Source of the DNA: a virus
Virus record (IMG/VR): IMGVR_UViG_3300008262_000047
Length of the DNA: 64,000 nt
Strand: one strand, 5' to 3'
The position numbers and the translations under genes are program-made. Below the pieces are notes generated by a model. The model was given only the letters and a program-made list of their open reading frames with translations. It searched no databases and was not told the origin of the DNA. Positions 9,594-20,307 of this stretch are shown in pieces; position 1 is the stretch's first letter; every line of letters starts with the position of its first letter.

Positions 9594-10402
9594 TGTTTAA
9601 TAATCGTCACTTCTATCATCAACATATACGTAAGGCTATTATTGCTTTTGGTACGTTGTTTAATAACATCACATTACGTAGAATAAACGCCGAAGGTGAA
9701 GTTGCACAAAGTTTGTTTGTGCCATTAAGTTATGCCCCAAAGCAAAAGTTCATAGACCGTATTCGTGAAGCTCCTGAACTAGAAACAGGTCGTGCAACGT
9801 TTCAAATTACATTACCCCGTATGGGATTTGAAATAACAAATTTTAATTATGATGCATCTAGAAAATTAGCTGTTACACAAAATGTTCGTTCAGTTGATAC
9901 AACAGGTACAACAAATACGGGTGTTCGCTATTCATATATTTCTACCCCATATAACATGGGGATTAGTTTAAGTGTGTTTGCAAAAAATCAAGATGATGGA
10001 TTACAAATTGTGGAACAAATTCTCCCCTATTTCAATCCTGATTTCAATGTCACAATTAATGAAATTCCTGAACTGGGCGTGAAACGTGACTTACAAATTG
10101 TACTGGATAACATCAGTTATCAAGATGAGTGGGAGGGAGGATTTGATAAGCGGTTGAGTGTAATTTGGGATTTGAACTTTACAATTAAAATGAACTTCTT
10201 TGGGTATGTGCAAGATGCCAATCTCATCAAGAAAACAATACAAAACATATATACAGATTATGGATTGTTTGAAGGACAACCTCCTACAAATACTCAGGTT
10301 GGTAGAAGAATCACAACTACCACAGACCCAGAAAATGCAACACCTATAGATAATTATACATTCGTACAAGAATTTGATGACATTTTTTCGAGTGAAATAT
10401 GA
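9593..10402 (+). CDS. gp15: tail sheath stabiliser / tail terminator gp15
   Basis: FYH..IRKAIIAFGTLFNNI, LQIVEQILPYF.P. Confidence 0.92.
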   Translation: MFNNRHFYHQHIRKAIIAFGTLFNNITLRRINAEGEVAQSLFVPLSYAPKQKFIDRIREAPELETGRATFQITLPRMGFEITNFNYDASRKLAVTQNVRSVDTTGTTNTGVRYSYISTPYNMGISLSVFAKNQDDGLQIVEQILPYFNPDFNVTINEIPELGVKRDLQIVLDNISYQDEWEGGFDKRLSVIWDLNFTIKMNFFGYVQDANLIKKTIQNIYTDYGLFEGQPPTNTQVGRRITTTTDPENATPIDNYTFVQEFDDIFSSEI

Positions 10403-10800
10403 GCTTTGATAAGTTAGATGAAAAATTTCAAGTTGTTTCAACGACAGTAGACGAGGTGGAAGAAAAGACATCTCCTGTAATAGAAGATGATGCCCAACAC
10501 GCCCGTGAAACATTGAGAAATTTAATTGATAAGGGGAATGAAGCCATTGACGGTATCTTACATATTGCAAAAAACAGTGACCATCCCCGAGCATATGAAG
10601 TTGCAGGACAACTCATTAAGACTGTTTCTGATACTGCCAAGGATTTACTTGAAGTTCAAAAGCGGAAAAAAGAATTGGAAAAAACAGATAAACCAAAAAT
10701 ACAGACACAAAACAATTTGTTCGTTGGTTCAACTCATGAGTTATTGAAAGCCATGAAGAAAGTCAATGAACCCATTACAATACAGGATGTAAATGATTGA
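10399..10800 (+). CDS. gp16: terminase small subunit gp16
   Basis: HPRAYEVAGQLIK, NNLFVGSTHELLK. Confidence 0.92.
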   Translation: MSFDKLDEKFQVVSTTVDEVEEKTSPVIEDDAQHARETLRNLIDKGNEAIDGILHIAKNSDHPRAYEVAGQLIKTVSDTAKDLLEVQKRKKELEKTDKPKIQTQNNLFVGSTHELLKAMKKVNEPITIQDVND

Positions 10801-12436
10801 AGAAAACAATTCGTACCATGGCAATCCTAACTTAAAACCTGTTGGTCATCAACACCAGTTCACACCAGAAGAAATTCAGGAATTTGTGAAGTGTCAAGAG
10901 GATCCAATTTATTTCATTGAGAATTATTGTCACATTGTTACACTTGACCATGGATTACAACTTTTCAAACTGTACGGTTGTCAGAAAACGAAAGTTAATG
11001 TTATTCTGAATAATCGTAAAGTGGTACTTATGGAAGGGCGTCAGCAAGGAAAAACTATCACGGCTGCCGCATGTATCCTATGGTATACATTATTTCAAGA
11101 GAGTAAAACTGTAGCAATTCTAGCCAATAAAGGTAGTGCTGCGCGTGAAGTATTAGACCGTTATCAAATCATGTATGAACATCTTCCCATCTGGATGCAA
11201 CAAGGAGTTCGTACTTGGAACAAAGGTAACGTTGAGTTGGAAAATGGAAGTAAGGTGTTTACTGCTGCCACAACAGGATCCGGTATTCGTGGTAAGTCTG
11301 TTAACTGGCTGTATATTGACGAAGCTGCCATTATCCCGAACAACATTGCAGAACAATTCTTTGCGTCTGTATATCCGACAATTTCTGCCGGTACAACAAC
11401 CAAGATTCTGCTAACATCCACCCCATTAGGTTACAACCATTTTTGGAAATTCTGGAACGAAGCTGAAAAGGGTAAAAACGGGTTCGTTCATCACTTTATT
11501 CCATATTGGGAAATTCCGGGTCGTGATGAAGCCTGGGCAGAAGAACAAAGAAAGACGTTGGGTGATGTGAAATTCAATCAAGAAGTACTATGTCAGTTTT
11601 TGGGTTCTACAAACACGTTGATTAATGGCGCAACACTGGCATATATGAGTAGTATGGATCCTGTGTTTTACAATGAAATGGGGTTGTCCATTTATACTGA
11701 ACCCAGCAAAGATAGAATGTATGTCATTTGTGTTGACGTTGCCCGAGGTGTGGGAGGAGATTATTCGGCATTCACCATTGTTGATGTCACTGAGATGCCG
11801 TATAAACTTGTAGGTAAGTTTAAAAACAATACCATTTCTCCCATGTTGTTCCCAGATGTCATTGTGAAAGCTGCACGAGATTACAATAATGCATATATAC
11901 TTGTAGAAACAAATGACATTGGCGGACAAATTGCAGACATTCTACATATTGAACATGAATATGAAAATATGCTCTGTACAATACAAGAAAACAAACAAAC
12001 CTACATTAGTCCAGGATTTGCCAAATCCACAACAATGGGTGTTAGAACCACAAAGTCTGTGAAACGTCAAGGGTGTTTCGCCATCAAATCTCTCCTCGAG
12101 GAGAAAAAACTAAATATATTTGACGCCGAAACCATTCATGAATTTTCAACATTCATTGAGAAAAATGGTACATTCGTAGCTGACGAAGGATATCATGATG
12201 ACTTAGTGATGACGTTAGTACTATTTGGTTGGCTTACCACAAACCAATATTTCCGCGAACTCACAGACATCAACGTTCGTGAGAGAATCTACAAACAACA
12301 AATGATGCAAATTGAAGATGAACTGACACCATTTGGTTTCATAGATGACGGCACTTCAGAATCCATATTTGTTGAGAACAATATTGTGTGGTCAACCGAT
12401 AAATCTTTGCCATGGAACAACATCTACAAGAATTAA
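10793..12436 (+). CDS. gp17: terminase large subunit gp17
   Basis: Walker A GRQQGKT, Walker B YIDEAA, nuclease DVARG and HDDLVM. Confidence 0.96.
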   Translation: MIEENNSYHGNPNLKPVGHQHQFTPEEIQEFVKCQEDPIYFIENYCHIVTLDHGLQLFKLYGCQKTKVNVILNNRKVVLMEGRQQGKTITAAACILWYTLFQESKTVAILANKGSAAREVLDRYQIMYEHLPIWMQQGVRTWNKGNVELENGSKVFTAATTGSGIRGKSVNWLYIDEAAIIPNNIAEQFFASVYPTISAGTTTKILLTSTPLGYNHFWKFWNEAEKGKNGFVHHFIPYWEIPGRDEAWAEEQRKTLGDVKFNQEVLCQFLGSTNTLINGATLAYMSSMDPVFYNEMGLSIYTEPSKDRMYVICVDVARGVGGDYSAFTIVDVTEMPYKLVGKFKNNTISPMLFPDVIVKAARDYNNAYILVETNDIGGQIADILHIEHEYENMLCTIQENKQTYISPGFAKSTTMGVRTTKSVKRQGCFAIKSLLEEKKLNIFDAETIHEFSTFIEKNGTFVADEGYHDDLVMTLVLFGWLTTNQYFRELTDINVRERIYKQQMMQIEDELTPFGFIDDGTSESIFVENNIVWSTDKSLPWNNIYKN

Positions 12437-12459
12437 AGTATTTTGAAGGTGTGTAAAGT

Positions 12460-12467
12460 TATAAATA
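12460..12467 (+). promoter_or_regulatory. T4-type late promoter TATAAATA
   Basis: Exact consensus upstream of gp18. Confidence 0.8.
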
Positions 12468-12535
12468 TTATAAACCATAGTGTAATCACGCCCTGAAAAT
12501 ACTATTAAGATTTCAATCACTAACAGGAGAATAAA

Positions 12536-14209
12536 ATGGCATTTCAATTATCACCAGGCGTACTTGTAGTCGAAAAAGACCTAACAGGTATCGTTCCTGC
12601 TGTTGCCACATCAATAGGTGGCTACGTAGGAGCCTTCCAATGGGGTCCGGTAGAACAAATCACAACCATCAGCAACGAAGCTGAACTCGTCAAAACATTT
12701 GCAAAGCCAAACAATACAGTTGCCGCTAGCTGGTTCTCAGCCGCCAACTTCTTGGCATATGGCAACAACTTAAAGGTTGTTCGCTCAGTAGGTAGTAATG
12801 CAAAGAATGCTGTAACATCAGGCACAGCAATTCTCATCAAGAACGAAGACCAATGGGAAGCACAATATTCAAACGGCGCCGCATCAGTAGGTGAATGGGC
12901 TGCTAAGTTCCCAGGTGTTCTAGGTAACTCATTAAAGGTGTCAGCATGTGACGCTTCAGGCTTCTCAGCATGGACCTATCGCACAGAATTCGACGCAGCA
13001 CCTGGCACATCAGACTTCCTCGTGAATTTAGGAAACACTGAAGCCGGCGACGAAATGCACATTGTCGTTGTTGACGAAGATGGTTTATGGACAGGCACAC
13101 CTGGTACTGTACTAGAAAAGTTTGCATTCGTTTCAAAGGGTAGTGACGTTAAGAAGGCTGACGGATCAAATGCATTCTATCGTGATGTACTTCGTGGTTC
13201 ACGTTACGTATATTGGATGGATCATCCTGCAGGAACAAACTGGGGCAGTGCTGCATCAGCATCAATCGAATATGATGGCTTAGGATCAGACGATTGGTCA
13301 CTTGCCAATGGTGTTTCTGACGATGCACCATCAACCGGCGCACTTCAAACAGGTTGGGACTTATTTGCCAATGCAGAAATCGTTGATGTAAATCTTCTAT
13401 TCAACGGTCCTAACGCATTAGCAGTTGGACAATACATGATTCAAACTGCTCAAGCACGTATGGATTGCGTAGGTTTCGTTTCACCTCTCTTAGCATCTGT
13501 ATTAAATAACGCAGGCAGCGAAGCTGAGGACATCATCACAGACCGTCAAGATACATTAAATGTCAATACATCATATGGTGTTATGGACTCAGGTTGGAAA
13601 TATCAATACGACAAGTACAATGATTTGTATCGTTGGGTTCCATTGAATGCCGACATTGCAGGTCTCTGTGCACGTACTGACACCATTGCCGATCCTTGGT
13701 TCTCACCAGGTGGTTTAAATCGTGGTCAAATCAAGAATGTTGTGAAGTTGGCATATTCACCTGACAAGACTGACCGCGATGAACTATATAAGAATGGCAT
13801 CAACCCAGTTGTGTCATTCCCAGGCGAAGGTACTGTATTGTTTGGCGACAAGACACTTCTTGCCAAGCCATCAGCTTTCGATAGAATCAACGTTCGTCGT
13901 TTGTTCATCGTTCTAGAAAAGGCAATTGCCACAGCAGGCAAGTATCAATTGTTTGAATTCAACGATGCCTTCACACGCGCACAATTCCGTAACTTAGTGG
14001 AACCATTCTTGCGCGATGTTCGTGGTCGTCGTGGTATCTTTGACTTCCGCGTAGTTTGCGATGAAACAAATAACACAGGCGAAGTCATTGACCGTAACGA
14101 ATTCGTAGCTGACATCTTCATCAAGCCAGCTCGTTCAATCAACTTCATGCAATTGAACTTCATCGCCACACGTACTGGTGTGAGCTTTGAAGAAGTCGTA
14201 GGCGCCTAA
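12536..14209 (+). CDS. gp18: tail sheath protein gp18
   Basis: MAFQLSPGV, PWFSPGG.NRG, FDRINVRRLF, IKPARSINF. Confidence 0.96.
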   Translation: MAFQLSPGVLVVEKDLTGIVPAVATSIGGYVGAFQWGPVEQITTISNEAELVKTFAKPNNTVAASWFSAANFLAYGNNLKVVRSVGSNAKNAVTSGTAILIKNEDQWEAQYSNGAASVGEWAAKFPGVLGNSLKVSACDASGFSAWTYRTEFDAAPGTSDFLVNLGNTEAGDEMHIVVVDEDGLWTGTPGTVLEKFAFVSKGSDVKKADGSNAFYRDVLRGSRYVYWMDHPAGTNWGSAASASIEYDGLGSDDWSLANGVSDDAPSTGALQTGWDLFANAEIVDVNLLFNGPNALAVGQYMIQTAQARMDCVGFVSPLLASVLNNAGSEAEDIITDRQDTLNVNTSYGVMDSGWKYQYDKYNDLYRWVPLNADIAGLCARTDTIADPWFSPGGLNRGQIKNVVKLAYSPDKTDRDELYKNGINPVVSFPGEGTVLFGDKTLLAKPSAFDRINVRRLFIVLEKAIATAGKYQLFEFNDAFTRAQFRNLVEPFLRDVRGRRGIFDFRVVCDETNNTGEVIDRNEFVADIFIKPARSINFMQLNFIATRTGVSFEEVVGA

Positions 14210-14238
14210 ACTAAATAACTTCTAGGAGATAGAAACAA

Positions 14239-14754
14239 ATGGATATTACCCAATTTAGAAACAAGTTAGGCGCAGGTGGTGCTCGTCCAAATCAATTTTT
14301 GGTAACACTTACTTGGCCTGCAGCAGTAGGAGTAGCCGCTTCTGATGACTCATTACTTGTCACAGCCGCTGCACTCCCTGCATCAAACGTTAACCCAACA
14401 ATCGTTCAATATCGTGGTCGTGAAGTAAAGATGGCAGGAGAACGCATCTTTGATCCATGGACAATCACAGTTATCAACGATACATCTTTGAAGATGCGTC
14501 AATACTTCGAACGCTGGACAAACTTAATGAACGACCGTGTAAACAACGGTGGTCAATTAACCCCTGCGTTGTATCAATGTGATTTACGTGTACAACAATT
14601 GGATAGAAATGATGTTACACTTCGTACATATGAAATTCGTAACGCATTCCCAATTAACGTTTCAGAAATTGCATTAGCATACAGTCAAAATGATGTCATT
14701 TCAGAATTCACAGTGACTTTCCAATATTCGCATTTTGACGTAACACCTGTTTAA
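14239..14754 (+). CDS. gp19: tail tube protein gp19
   Basis: GARPNQF, YRGR.VK.AG.R.FDPWT.TV.ND. Confidence 0.93.
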   Translation: MDITQFRNKLGAGGARPNQFLVTLTWPAAVGVAASDDSLLVTAAALPASNVNPTIVQYRGREVKMAGERIFDPWTITVINDTSLKMRQYFERWTNLMNDRVNNGGQLTPALYQCDLRVQQLDRNDVTLRTYEIRNAFPINVSEIALAYSQNDVISEFTVTFQYSHFDVTPV

Positions 14755-14776
14755 TCTTTGACAAGGTAAAAATATT

Positions 14777-16360
14777 ATGGATATTTTTGGATATAGCATC
14801 AAGCGGAAGGAGCCCGCACGAACTGAAATTAGTTTCGTGCCTCCTTCCGACGATGGTGCTCTCGACACTGTCCGGGCAGGTGGGTACTACGGTACCTACC
14901 TCGACCTGGATAATGCAGCAAAAAATGAATCAGATTTAATTCAACGCTATCGTGCCATTTCTTTAATGGCGGATGTTGATAGTGCCATTGATGATATCGT
15001 CAATGAATCCATTGCCAATATTGAAGATGAGGATCCTATTGAAATTGATTTAGATGATGTAAAGGCTCCAGCATCAATCAAGAAAGCCATCAAGGAAGAA
15101 TTTGCAAACATCACACAAATTCTTGACTTTAAACATCGAGCACAAGATTATTTTCGTCGCTGGTATGTAGATGGTCGTGTGTATTTTCACAAAGTTGTAG
15201 ACGTAGCAAAACCCAAACAAGGGTTAACTGATATTCGTTATATTGATCCAAGAAAAATCAAGAAAATCAGAAACGTCATTAAAGAAACTGAAAAAAATAC
15301 AGGTGTAGAACTTGTACGTAAGGTGGAAGAATTTTTCGTATATAATGAAAAGGGTGTATTAACTACACCTGTGACACAAGCAAGTCCAAGTGCCACACAA
15401 GGATTGAAAATAACCAAAGACGCCATTTGTTATGTCCCATCAGGTTTAGTTGATGTAGATAATAACATGGTGTTGAGCTATTTACATAAAGCCATCAAAA
15501 CAGCAAACCAATTGCGTATGATGGAAAATGCTCTTGTCATCTATCGTTTAGCAAGAGCGCCCGAAAGAAGAATTTTCTATATTGATGTAGGTAACCTTCC
15601 CAAGTTGAAGGCTGAACAATACATCAAGGACATCATGAATCGTTATCGCAACAAGTTGGTGTATGATGCCAACACAGGCGAGATTCGTGATGATAAAAAG
15701 ACTATGAGCTTGTTGGAAGATTTCTGGTTGCCTCGTCGTGAAGGAGGTAAGGGTACTGAAATTGATACTCTACCTGGTGGTCAAAACCTCGGTGAAATTG
15801 CCGACATTGAATACTTCCAACGTAAGTTGTATGAAAGTTTATATGTTCCTGTTTCTCGTTTGCAACAACAATCAGGATTGAACTTTGGTCGTGCCGCTGA
15901 AATTAATCGTGATGAATTGAAGTTCACAAAATTCATCAATAAATTGCGCCGTCAATTTTCACGTATGTTTGATGACCTGTTGAAAACACAACTTGTGTTA
16001 AAAGGTGTCACAACTGAAACTGATTGGGAAGAAATGAAGGAAGATATCAAGTATAAGTTTGCTCAAGATGCCTATTATTCTGAAAGCAAAGACCAAGAAT
16101 TGTTGCGGGCTCGCGTTGAATTACTATCACAACTTGCAGAATTTGATGGTAAATATATAAGTAAGAGTTACATTCAAAAGCATGTGTTGCGTTTAACTGA
16201 TGAAGAAATTGCACAAATGAATTCAGAAAACGAAGAAGCTGCTTCAGCAGGAATGGATTACTCTGAACCCCTTGAAGACCCAAATCAGCCCGGCAACATA
16301 TTACCTAAGGGATCTCCTTTCCCCGCCCCACCGGAGAAGAAAAAGAATGGAACTACATGA
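14777..16360 (+). CDS. gp20: portal protein gp20
   Basis: RAPERRIFYIDVGNLPK.KAEQY, EDFWLPRREGGKGTEI.TLPGGQNLG. Confidence 0.96.
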   Translation: MDIFGYSIKRKEPARTEISFVPPSDDGALDTVRAGGYYGTYLDLDNAAKNESDLIQRYRAISLMADVDSAIDDIVNESIANIEDEDPIEIDLDDVKAPASIKKAIKEEFANITQILDFKHRAQDYFRRWYVDGRVYFHKVVDVAKPKQGLTDIRYIDPRKIKKIRNVIKETEKNTGVELVRKVEEFFVYNEKGVLTTPVTQASPSATQGLKITKDAICYVPSGLVDVDNNMVLSYLHKAIKTANQLRMMENALVIYRLARAPERRIFYIDVGNLPKLKAEQYIKDIMNRYRNKLVYDANTGEIRDDKKTMSLLEDFWLPRREGGKGTEIDTLPGGQNLGEIADIEYFQRKLYESLYVPVSRLQQQSGLNFGRAAEINRDELKFTKFINKLRRQFSRMFDDLLKTQLVLKGVTTETDWEEMKEDIKYKFAQDAYYSESKDQELLRARVELLSQLAEFDGKYISKSYIQKHVLRLTDEEIAQMNSENEEAASAGMDYSEPLEDPNQPGNILPKGSPFPAPPEKKKNGTT

Positions 16361-17534
16361 GGTTAAGATAGGCGATACCGTTTCTTTCACCCATAAAGGA
16401 AAGAAAGTTACAGGTAGAGTAATACATCGTCACGACGGAAATAAGAATTCTGCCCTTGCGGGTCATGTGAATATTCAGCCATCAAATGCAGATTCTAATC
16501 CCCATACCATACATGTGTCTAAATTAAAACCTGCTACACAAATAAAAGAGGATATTCAGATGGCAGATATTAACGAACAAATTTTAGATTTAATTGATAA
16601 CATTGAAGCAGGCAATCATCTAGAAGCCAATAACATCTTCAACGAATTATTACAATCAAAAATTGATGCTTTGCTTGATGCAAAGAAAAATGAAGTTTCT
16701 TCATCAATGTTCAACACAGAAGAATGTGCTGAATGTATGGAAGAAGAAAAGAAAATGAAGAAGGAAAAGAAAGAAGATGAGGATGACGATGAAGAAGATG
16801 ACTACGAAGATGAAGATGAAAGAATGGATGAAGCTTTAATTGGTGGTCAAAAGAAAATTGATGTCAACAAGAATGGTAAATTAGATGCCATGGACTTCAA
16901 GATGCTTCGTGCCAAGAAGAAGGGCATGAAGGAAGAAGTGAAATCAACTTCAGAAGCATATTCAGATCCATATGCTGCCAAGAAGGCGGCTGAAATGAAG
17001 AAGTCATATAGTAAGACTATGGCAGATGCCAAGAAGGAATATGAAGCTGCCAAGAAGCCAAAGTTTGCCAAGAACTTCATGAAGATGAAGAACGAAGAAG
17101 TGAAGCCCATTGATGAATTGAAATCTGCAACGCTCGGTTCGTATATCAAAAAGGCAGCAGATTCATATGCAGGTGAAGCTCAGTCTGGTACATACCAAAA
17201 GGTAGACAAGCGAGAAAGAGGAATTGCAAATGCTACAAACAAGCTTGTTAAGCGTGCAAAGGCTAATGAAGAAGTGGAATCCATTGATGAAATTTCTTCT
17301 GAAACTTTGAAGTCGTATCAACGAAAGTCCATGGATCAAGGCACCAGAGTGTTGAAGAAGCAAGAAGCACCTTTGTCAGCAAAAAAATTTGCCAAGCGCG
17401 TGAAGGGTATGGCCCGTTCCTCACAAATATTAGACAAGCGTGAACCTCCCAAAAAACTTTATAGAGGTGACAACAAGGGTGGATATCCAAAACAATGGGA
17501 TGAAAGTACAAAGTTCACCGTTGAAAAGGATTAA
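16347..17534 (+). CDS. prohead core / internal protein, gp67-like module plus charged repeats
   Basis: Position after portal; DLIDNI..G....A...F...L..KI module; acidic tract; repeated IDE(L/I)...TL.SY motifs; possible internal start at 16560. Confidence 0.6.
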   Translation: MELHEVKIGDTVSFTHKGKKVTGRVIHRHDGNKNSALAGHVNIQPSNADSNPHTIHVSKLKPATQIKEDIQMADINEQILDLIDNIEAGNHLEANNIFNELLQSKIDALLDAKKNEVSSSMFNTEECAECMEEEKKMKKEKKEDEDDDEEDDYEDEDERMDEALIGGQKKIDVNKNGKLDAMDFKMLRAKKKGMKEEVKSTSEAYSDPYAAKKAAEMKKSYSKTMADAKKEYEAAKKPKFAKNFMKMKNEEVKPIDELKSATLGSYIKKAADSYAGEAQSGTYQKVDKRERGIANATNKLVKRAKANEEVESIDEISSETLKSYQRKSMDQGTRVLKKQEAPLSAKKFAKRVKGMARSSQILDKREPPKKLYRGDNKGGYPKQWDESTKFTVEKD

Positions 17535-17536
17535 TC

Positions 17537-17887
17537 ATGGCAAAGATGAGCGAAAAGGATATGGCTCAACGAGAAAAGATTGTGAAGTCCATGAAGAAAA
17601 ACTTCAAAGATTTTCGCAAACGTTACGGTGCCAATGCAAAAAATGTAATGTATGCCACAGCCACTAAAATGGCAATGAAGGAAGAAACATCCGAAGAAAG
17701 AGGTGAATATGATTATGAAGGTGATATGGCAAAATCTTCATTGAAAACAATTATTCGTAATGCACAAGAAATGCATGATATGTTATCTGAAGATACCAAT
17801 CTTCCTGAATGGGTTCAAGGCAAAATTACCTTAGCAGAAGATTATATTGTATCGGCTGCACAATATATGCAATCAGAATCGGAGTAA
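17537..17887 (+). CDS. head-region hypothetical protein
   Basis: VMYATATK and LPEWVQ.KITLA.DY motifs recalled from T4-like head-region proteins. Confidence 0.7.
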   Translation: MAKMSEKDMAQREKIVKSMKKNFKDFRKRYGANAKNVMYATATKMAMKEETSEERGEYDYEGDMAKSSLKTIIRNAQEMHDMLSEDTNLPEWVQGKITLAEDYIVSAAQYMQSESE

Positions 17888-17890
17888 CAA

Positions 17891-18265
17891 ATGGCCATAT
17901 CAATACTTAAAAAGACACCCATACATGTTGTAGTTGCCATTACAGGCGCAAATGCATCTGAAACCATTGATTTAGAAACAACACTAGAAACTACAACACA
18001 GAATGCCGCAACACCTAAGGCAAATATTAGTGGCATCTATTGGTCAATACCTTCAGGTAACGGAACCGTTTCAAGAAATTCTGTACAACTTTGGGCTATG
18101 ACAGGTGCACGTGATTTTCAATTTCACGGATTTTCTGATAACAGAGAAAATGGTAGTAACATAGTTGTGACATTACCCGCAGGTGGTGGTACCATTATTC
18201 TTGAAATCATGAAGGTCTCAGGATATGGTGATACACAACATCTTAATCAATCAATAGGAGCATAA
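17891..18265 (+). CDS. head-region hypothetical structural protein
   Basis: Beta-rich ORF directly upstream of gp21. Confidence 0.65.
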   Translation: MAISILKKTPIHVVVAITGANASETIDLETTLETTTQNAATPKANISGIYWSIPSGNGTVSRNSVQLWAMTGARDFQFHGFSDNRENGSNIVVTLPAGGGTIILEIMKVSGYGDTQHLNQSIGA

Positions 18266-18267
18266 TC

Positions 18268-18918
18268 ATGAGACTCATTGCTGAAATAGTTGAAGATGTT
18301 CAAATCATCAACGAAGAAAATTCAAAAAATCTTTTCATTGAAGGTGTGTTTCTTCAAAGTGAAATTGCCAATAAAAATTCACGTATCTATCCCAAGACAG
18401 TTATGGAACGCGAAGTAAAGCGTTACATGAAGGAATATGTCGAAGCCAATCGCGCATTTGGTGAACTGGGACATCCTGAAGGTCCAACCATCAATCTTGA
18501 CCGTGTCTCTCACATGATTGTGTCATTGAAGGAAGATGGAAACAATTATGTTGGTCGTGCAAAAATCATGAACACCCCAATGGGTAATATTGCACGTAAC
18601 ATCATTGAAGGTGGTGGTAAGTTGGGTGTGTCGTCACGCGGATTGGGTTCATTAAAAACCACTTCAGAAGGTATCAACGAAGTTCAAGATGATTTCTATC
18701 TTGCAACGGCGGCTGACATTGTGGCTGACCCTTCGGCACCTGATGCTTTCGTACAAGGGATTATGGAAAATAAGGATTGGATGTTTGTAAATGGTTCATG
18801 GACATATCAAAATATGGATGAAACTAAGAAGCTGATTGAAAAGACCAATCAACGTCAATTGCAAGAAATGAAGATTCGTGCCTTTGAAACCTTCTTAAAT
18901 GCCATTTCAAAGAAATAA
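18268..18918 (+). CDS. gp21: prohead protease gp21
   Basis: AFGELGHP, LGVSSRGLGS, DIVADPSAPDAFV. Confidence 0.95.
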   Translation: MRLIAEIVEDVQIINEENSKNLFIEGVFLQSEIANKNSRIYPKTVMEREVKRYMKEYVEANRAFGELGHPEGPTINLDRVSHMIVSLKEDGNNYVGRAKIMNTPMGNIARNIIEGGGKLGVSSRGLGSLKTTSEGINEVQDDFYLATAADIVADPSAPDAFVQGIMENKDWMFVNGSWTYQNMDETKKLIEKTNQRQLQEMKIRAFETFLNAISKK

Positions 18919-18923
18919 ACTCG

Positions 18924-18931
18924 TATAAATA
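18924..18931 (+). promoter_or_regulatory. T4-type late promoter TATAAATA
   Basis: Exact consensus upstream of gp22. Confidence 0.8.
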
Positions 18932-18967
18932 ATATAAAGTTTTTGAAACAACTACAGGAGATACTAA

Positions 18968-20251
18968 ATGTCAGTAGAAAACAAGATTCGAGAAATGATG
19001 GCTAAAAAGCTCGATGAAGCCTTCCCAGGAATGGGTAAGAATTTGGAAACTAAGGCTCCAGCTCAAGGCTCATCACAAACACCAGAAGTTCAAATGATGC
19101 ACAAGGGCGGTGGCGCAGAAAAGCCATCAAACCCTGTAAATCAATTACAAGCAGGCGCAGGCCCCAAAGAAGCTGCTCCCATGAAGCAAGGTTCATCACA
19201 AGATGCTTCAATTGATTTAGAAACTGATGAAAAGAATCAAGGTAAGGCACAAGCATCAAAGAAGGCTAAGATGCCTACTGTTTCACATCAAGGTGCAGGC
19301 GCTGCCACTAACTACACAACAGTAGCAGATCCATCATCTGTCATCAACCAAGCATCTTCAAAGGGCAATGTTCACCAAGAAGAAGCTGAAGTAGAAGGCG
19401 AAGAAGTCATTTCAGAAGAAGAATACAATGCTCTTTCAGAAGAAGAAAAGGCACAATATTCATTAGTAGAAGAAGGCCCAGAAGAAACTGAAGAAGAAGA
19501 TGAAACAGCACTTGCCGAAGCCATGGAAAACATGAAGGCTGAATTGGCAAAGGATGTTGAAAATCTTTTTGCATCAGAAGTTGACTTGTCAGAAGAATTC
19601 AAGACAAAGGCAGCTTCATTATTCGAAGCCGTCGTAACTGCTCGCGTTGCTCACGAAGTAGAAAAGATGCAAGATGCGCTTGCTGAACAAGCAGCACACA
19701 CCGTCGTGAACATCCACGAAGAAATGGTTTCAAAGATTGATGCCTATCTCTCATATGTTGCTGAACAATGGTTGGCAAACAATGAAGTTGCAATTGAAAC
19801 AGGACTTCGTGCAGAAGTCACTGAAGATTTCATTGCAGGCTTGAAGGTGTTGTTCAAGGAACACTACATTGAAGTTCCTGAAGAAAAGTACGATGTTTTA
19901 GGCGACATGCAAAATCAAATTGATACATTAACTGCACAAGTTAACGAATCATTGGCAAAGGCAGTTGAACTTAATACAGAGTTGAACGAAGCAAAGCGTG
20001 AAGTTGTATTCTCAAAGGCAACAAGTGACTTAGCACAAACTGAAGCTGAAAAACTTCGCGGCTTGATTGAAGAAGTTGAATTTGAAAATGAAGAATTATT
20101 TGAACAAAAGATTTCAGTTATTAAAAATAACTACTTCCCCAAGTCAACTGTTTCTTCACCCATCACAGAAGAAGTGGTAGAAACACAAGAAGTATCAGGT
20201 ACGGTTGCTAAATATGCAGAAATGCTTTCACGCAACACATTTGGAAAATAA
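18968..20251 (+). CDS. gp22: prohead scaffold protein gp22
   Basis: LSEEFKTKA..LFEA, YV.E.W...N, LF.EHYI.VPEEK; between gp21 and gp23. Confidence 0.92.
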   Translation: MSVENKIREMMAKKLDEAFPGMGKNLETKAPAQGSSQTPEVQMMHKGGGAEKPSNPVNQLQAGAGPKEAAPMKQGSSQDASIDLETDEKNQGKAQASKKAKMPTVSHQGAGAATNYTTVADPSSVINQASSKGNVHQEEAEVEGEEVISEEEYNALSEEEKAQYSLVEEGPEETEEEDETALAEAMENMKAELAKDVENLFASEVDLSEEFKTKAASLFEAVVTARVAHEVEKMQDALAEQAAHTVVNIHEEMVSKIDAYLSYVAEQWLANNEVAIETGLRAEVTEDFIAGLKVLFKEHYIEVPEEKYDVLGDMQNQIDTLTAQVNESLAKAVELNTELNEAKREVVFSKATSDLAQTEAEKLRGLIEEVEFENEELFEQKISVIKNNYFPKSTVSSPITEEVVETQEVSGTVAKYAEMLSRNTFGK

Positions 20252-20257
20252 AGCTAG

Positions 20258-20265
20258 TATAAATA
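20258..20265 (+). promoter_or_regulatory. T4-type late promoter TATAAATA
   Basis: Exact consensus upstream of gp23. Confidence 0.8.
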
Positions 20266-20307
20266 ATAGTAACGTTTAACAGTAAACAAAAACTCAGGAG
20301 AACGTAA

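Noticed and set aside
12536-14209. Tail sheath shorter than T4 gp18
   Set aside because: Core motifs are continuous; loss of outer domains is a known natural variation
14758-14790. TTGACA upstream of the portal gene as a sigma70 promoter
   Set aside because: No credible -10 at 16-18 bp spacing
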